Assembly: GCF_963921235.1 (NCBI RefSeq)
Contig: NC_086097.1
Span: 186,746,001 to 186,810,000 of the forward strand
DNA from: Mobula hypostoma
Lineage: Eukaryota
Reading direction: 5' to 3'
DNA length: 64,000 bases
Shown here: piece after piece, positions 62,523 to 64,000 of the stretch
Numbering within the stretch: position 1 is the stretch's first letter
How the letters are laid out: each line of letters begins with the position of its first letter
Translations under genes and position numbers: made by a program
Notes under the pieces: model-generated
What the model saw: only the letters and a program-made list of their open reading frames with translations
What the model was told of the DNA's origin: nothing
The model's database searches: none

Positions 62523-63204
62523 TAGTTATCCCTTTTAGTGTATATTCCATTGTTTCTAGGATTACATCCTGACTTCTAAGTGAAACAGTATTATAACAGC
62601 TTGTTGTATCCAAAAGCCTTTGATTCAATTATGTTCACTCATCATTACAGAGTTGAGCTTGGTACACAAGCAAAATCATCTGACTCTAAGTCTATGTTGA
62701 TTGCCATTTCATATGCTTCTTCATATAGCCTTTTCCTACTCAGAATCAATATTGTTTTCATTTGTTTTAAACTAAGTGGGGTAATAACTGGCCTATTTCT
62801 CCATAAATGCTGCATGATGCATTGACAATTTCCTGTAAATGCTGGAAACAGTACAAGCCAAGCAGCATTTCTAGAAAGAGAAACAGTAAACTAACACATT
62901 AGTTATTCAGAGGGTACTCTGGATTGGCTGCACACCCATAAACCTGACTTGACCATAAATGAGTCTATTTTAAGTGTGCTACATCTTTTGTATTCATTAT
63001 TTCTCATTGAAGTTAAACAAAACATTAGCATCACTGCAACAATGAAGTAGGGCGCCGCAATAGCGTAGCAGTTAGTGTGACGCTATTACAGCTTGGTGCA
63101 TCGGAGTTCAATTCTGATCTCATCCATAAGGAGTCAGTGTTTCCTCTCCATGCAATGTGTGGGTTTTCTTCGGGTGTTCTGGTTTCCTTCCACAGTCCAA
63201 AGTC

Positions 63205-64000
63205 TATAAGACCATAAGACAAAGGAGCAGAAGTCGGCCATTCGACCCATCGAGTCTACTCCGCCTTCTTATCATGAGTTAATCCATTCTCCCATTTAGT
63301 CCCACTCCCCTGCCTTCTCACCATAACCTTTGATGCCCTGGCTACTCAGATACCTATCAATCTCTGCTTTAAATACACCCAGCGACTTGGCCTCCACTGC
63401 TGCCCGTGGCAACAAATTCCATAGATTCACCACCCTCTGACTAAAAACATTTCTTCGCATTTCTGTTCTGAATGGGTGCCCTTCAATCCTTAAGTCATGC
63501 CCTCTCGTACTAGACTCCCCCATCATGGGAAACAACTTTGCCACATCCACTCTGTCCATGCCTTTCAACATTCGAAATGTTTCTATGAGGTCTCCCCTCA
63601 TTCTTCTAAACTCCAGGGAATACAGTCCAAGAGCGGACTAAGATTCCTTATATGTTAACCCTCTCATTCCTGAAATCATTCTACTGAATCTTCTCTGTAC
63701 CCTCTCCAACATCCTTTCTTAAATAAGGAGACCAAAACTGCCCACAATACTCCAAGTGAGGTCTCACCAGCGCCTTATAGAGCCTCAACATCACATCTCT
63801 GCTCCTATACTCTATTCCTCTAGAAATAAATGCCAACATTGCATTCGCCTTCTTCACCACCGACTCAACCTGGAGGTTAACCTTAAGGGTATCCTGTACG
63901 AGGACTCCCAAGACCCGTTGAATCTCAGAACTTTGAATTCTTTCCCCATTTAAAGAATAGTCTGCCCATTTATTTCTTCTGCCAAAGTGCATAACCATAC
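63205..64000 (-). mobile_element. CR1 LINE 3' part, adjacent to a V-SINE head at 63050-63204
   Basis: MRGDLIETFRMLKG...FSQRVVNLWNLLP; LYKALVRPHLEYC; (TCTTATGG)n tail. Confidence 0.9.

Noticed and set aside
62560..62572. ttctag|G ATT ACA TCC TGA as the last NBN exon
   Set aside because: Gives FR-ITS*, with no similarity to the conserved C-terminus

Overview
Vertebrate genomic DNA; the repeat landscape (abundant CR1, Rex/Babar, Penelope, V-SINE) suggests a cartilaginous fish such as a ray, which is an inference. The window holds most of the NBN (nibrin/NBS1) gene on the + strand: 11 coding exons read by eye between 2676 and 44358, matching human exons 4-11 and 13-15 in phase and mostly in length. 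The first three exons lie upstream and the last exon was not confidently found. Introns are packed with nested transposons: about 12 CR1 LINEs, Rex/Babar LINEs, a degenerate two-LTR Gypsy element of the CsRn1 type, an intact full-length L1 antisense to NBN, Penelope fragments, RTE-derived short elements, Tigger-like, hAT and Tc1-like DNA elements. Best leads: a probable GC-AG intron in NBN, a -1 frameshift signal in the Gypsy element, the intact L1 with an inverted copy of its 5' motif, a fold-back Penelope insertion with a hammerhead core, and a possible HDV-like ribozyme. I cannot demonstrate a wholly new biological system. Repeat boundaries without target-site duplications (TSDs) are approximate.
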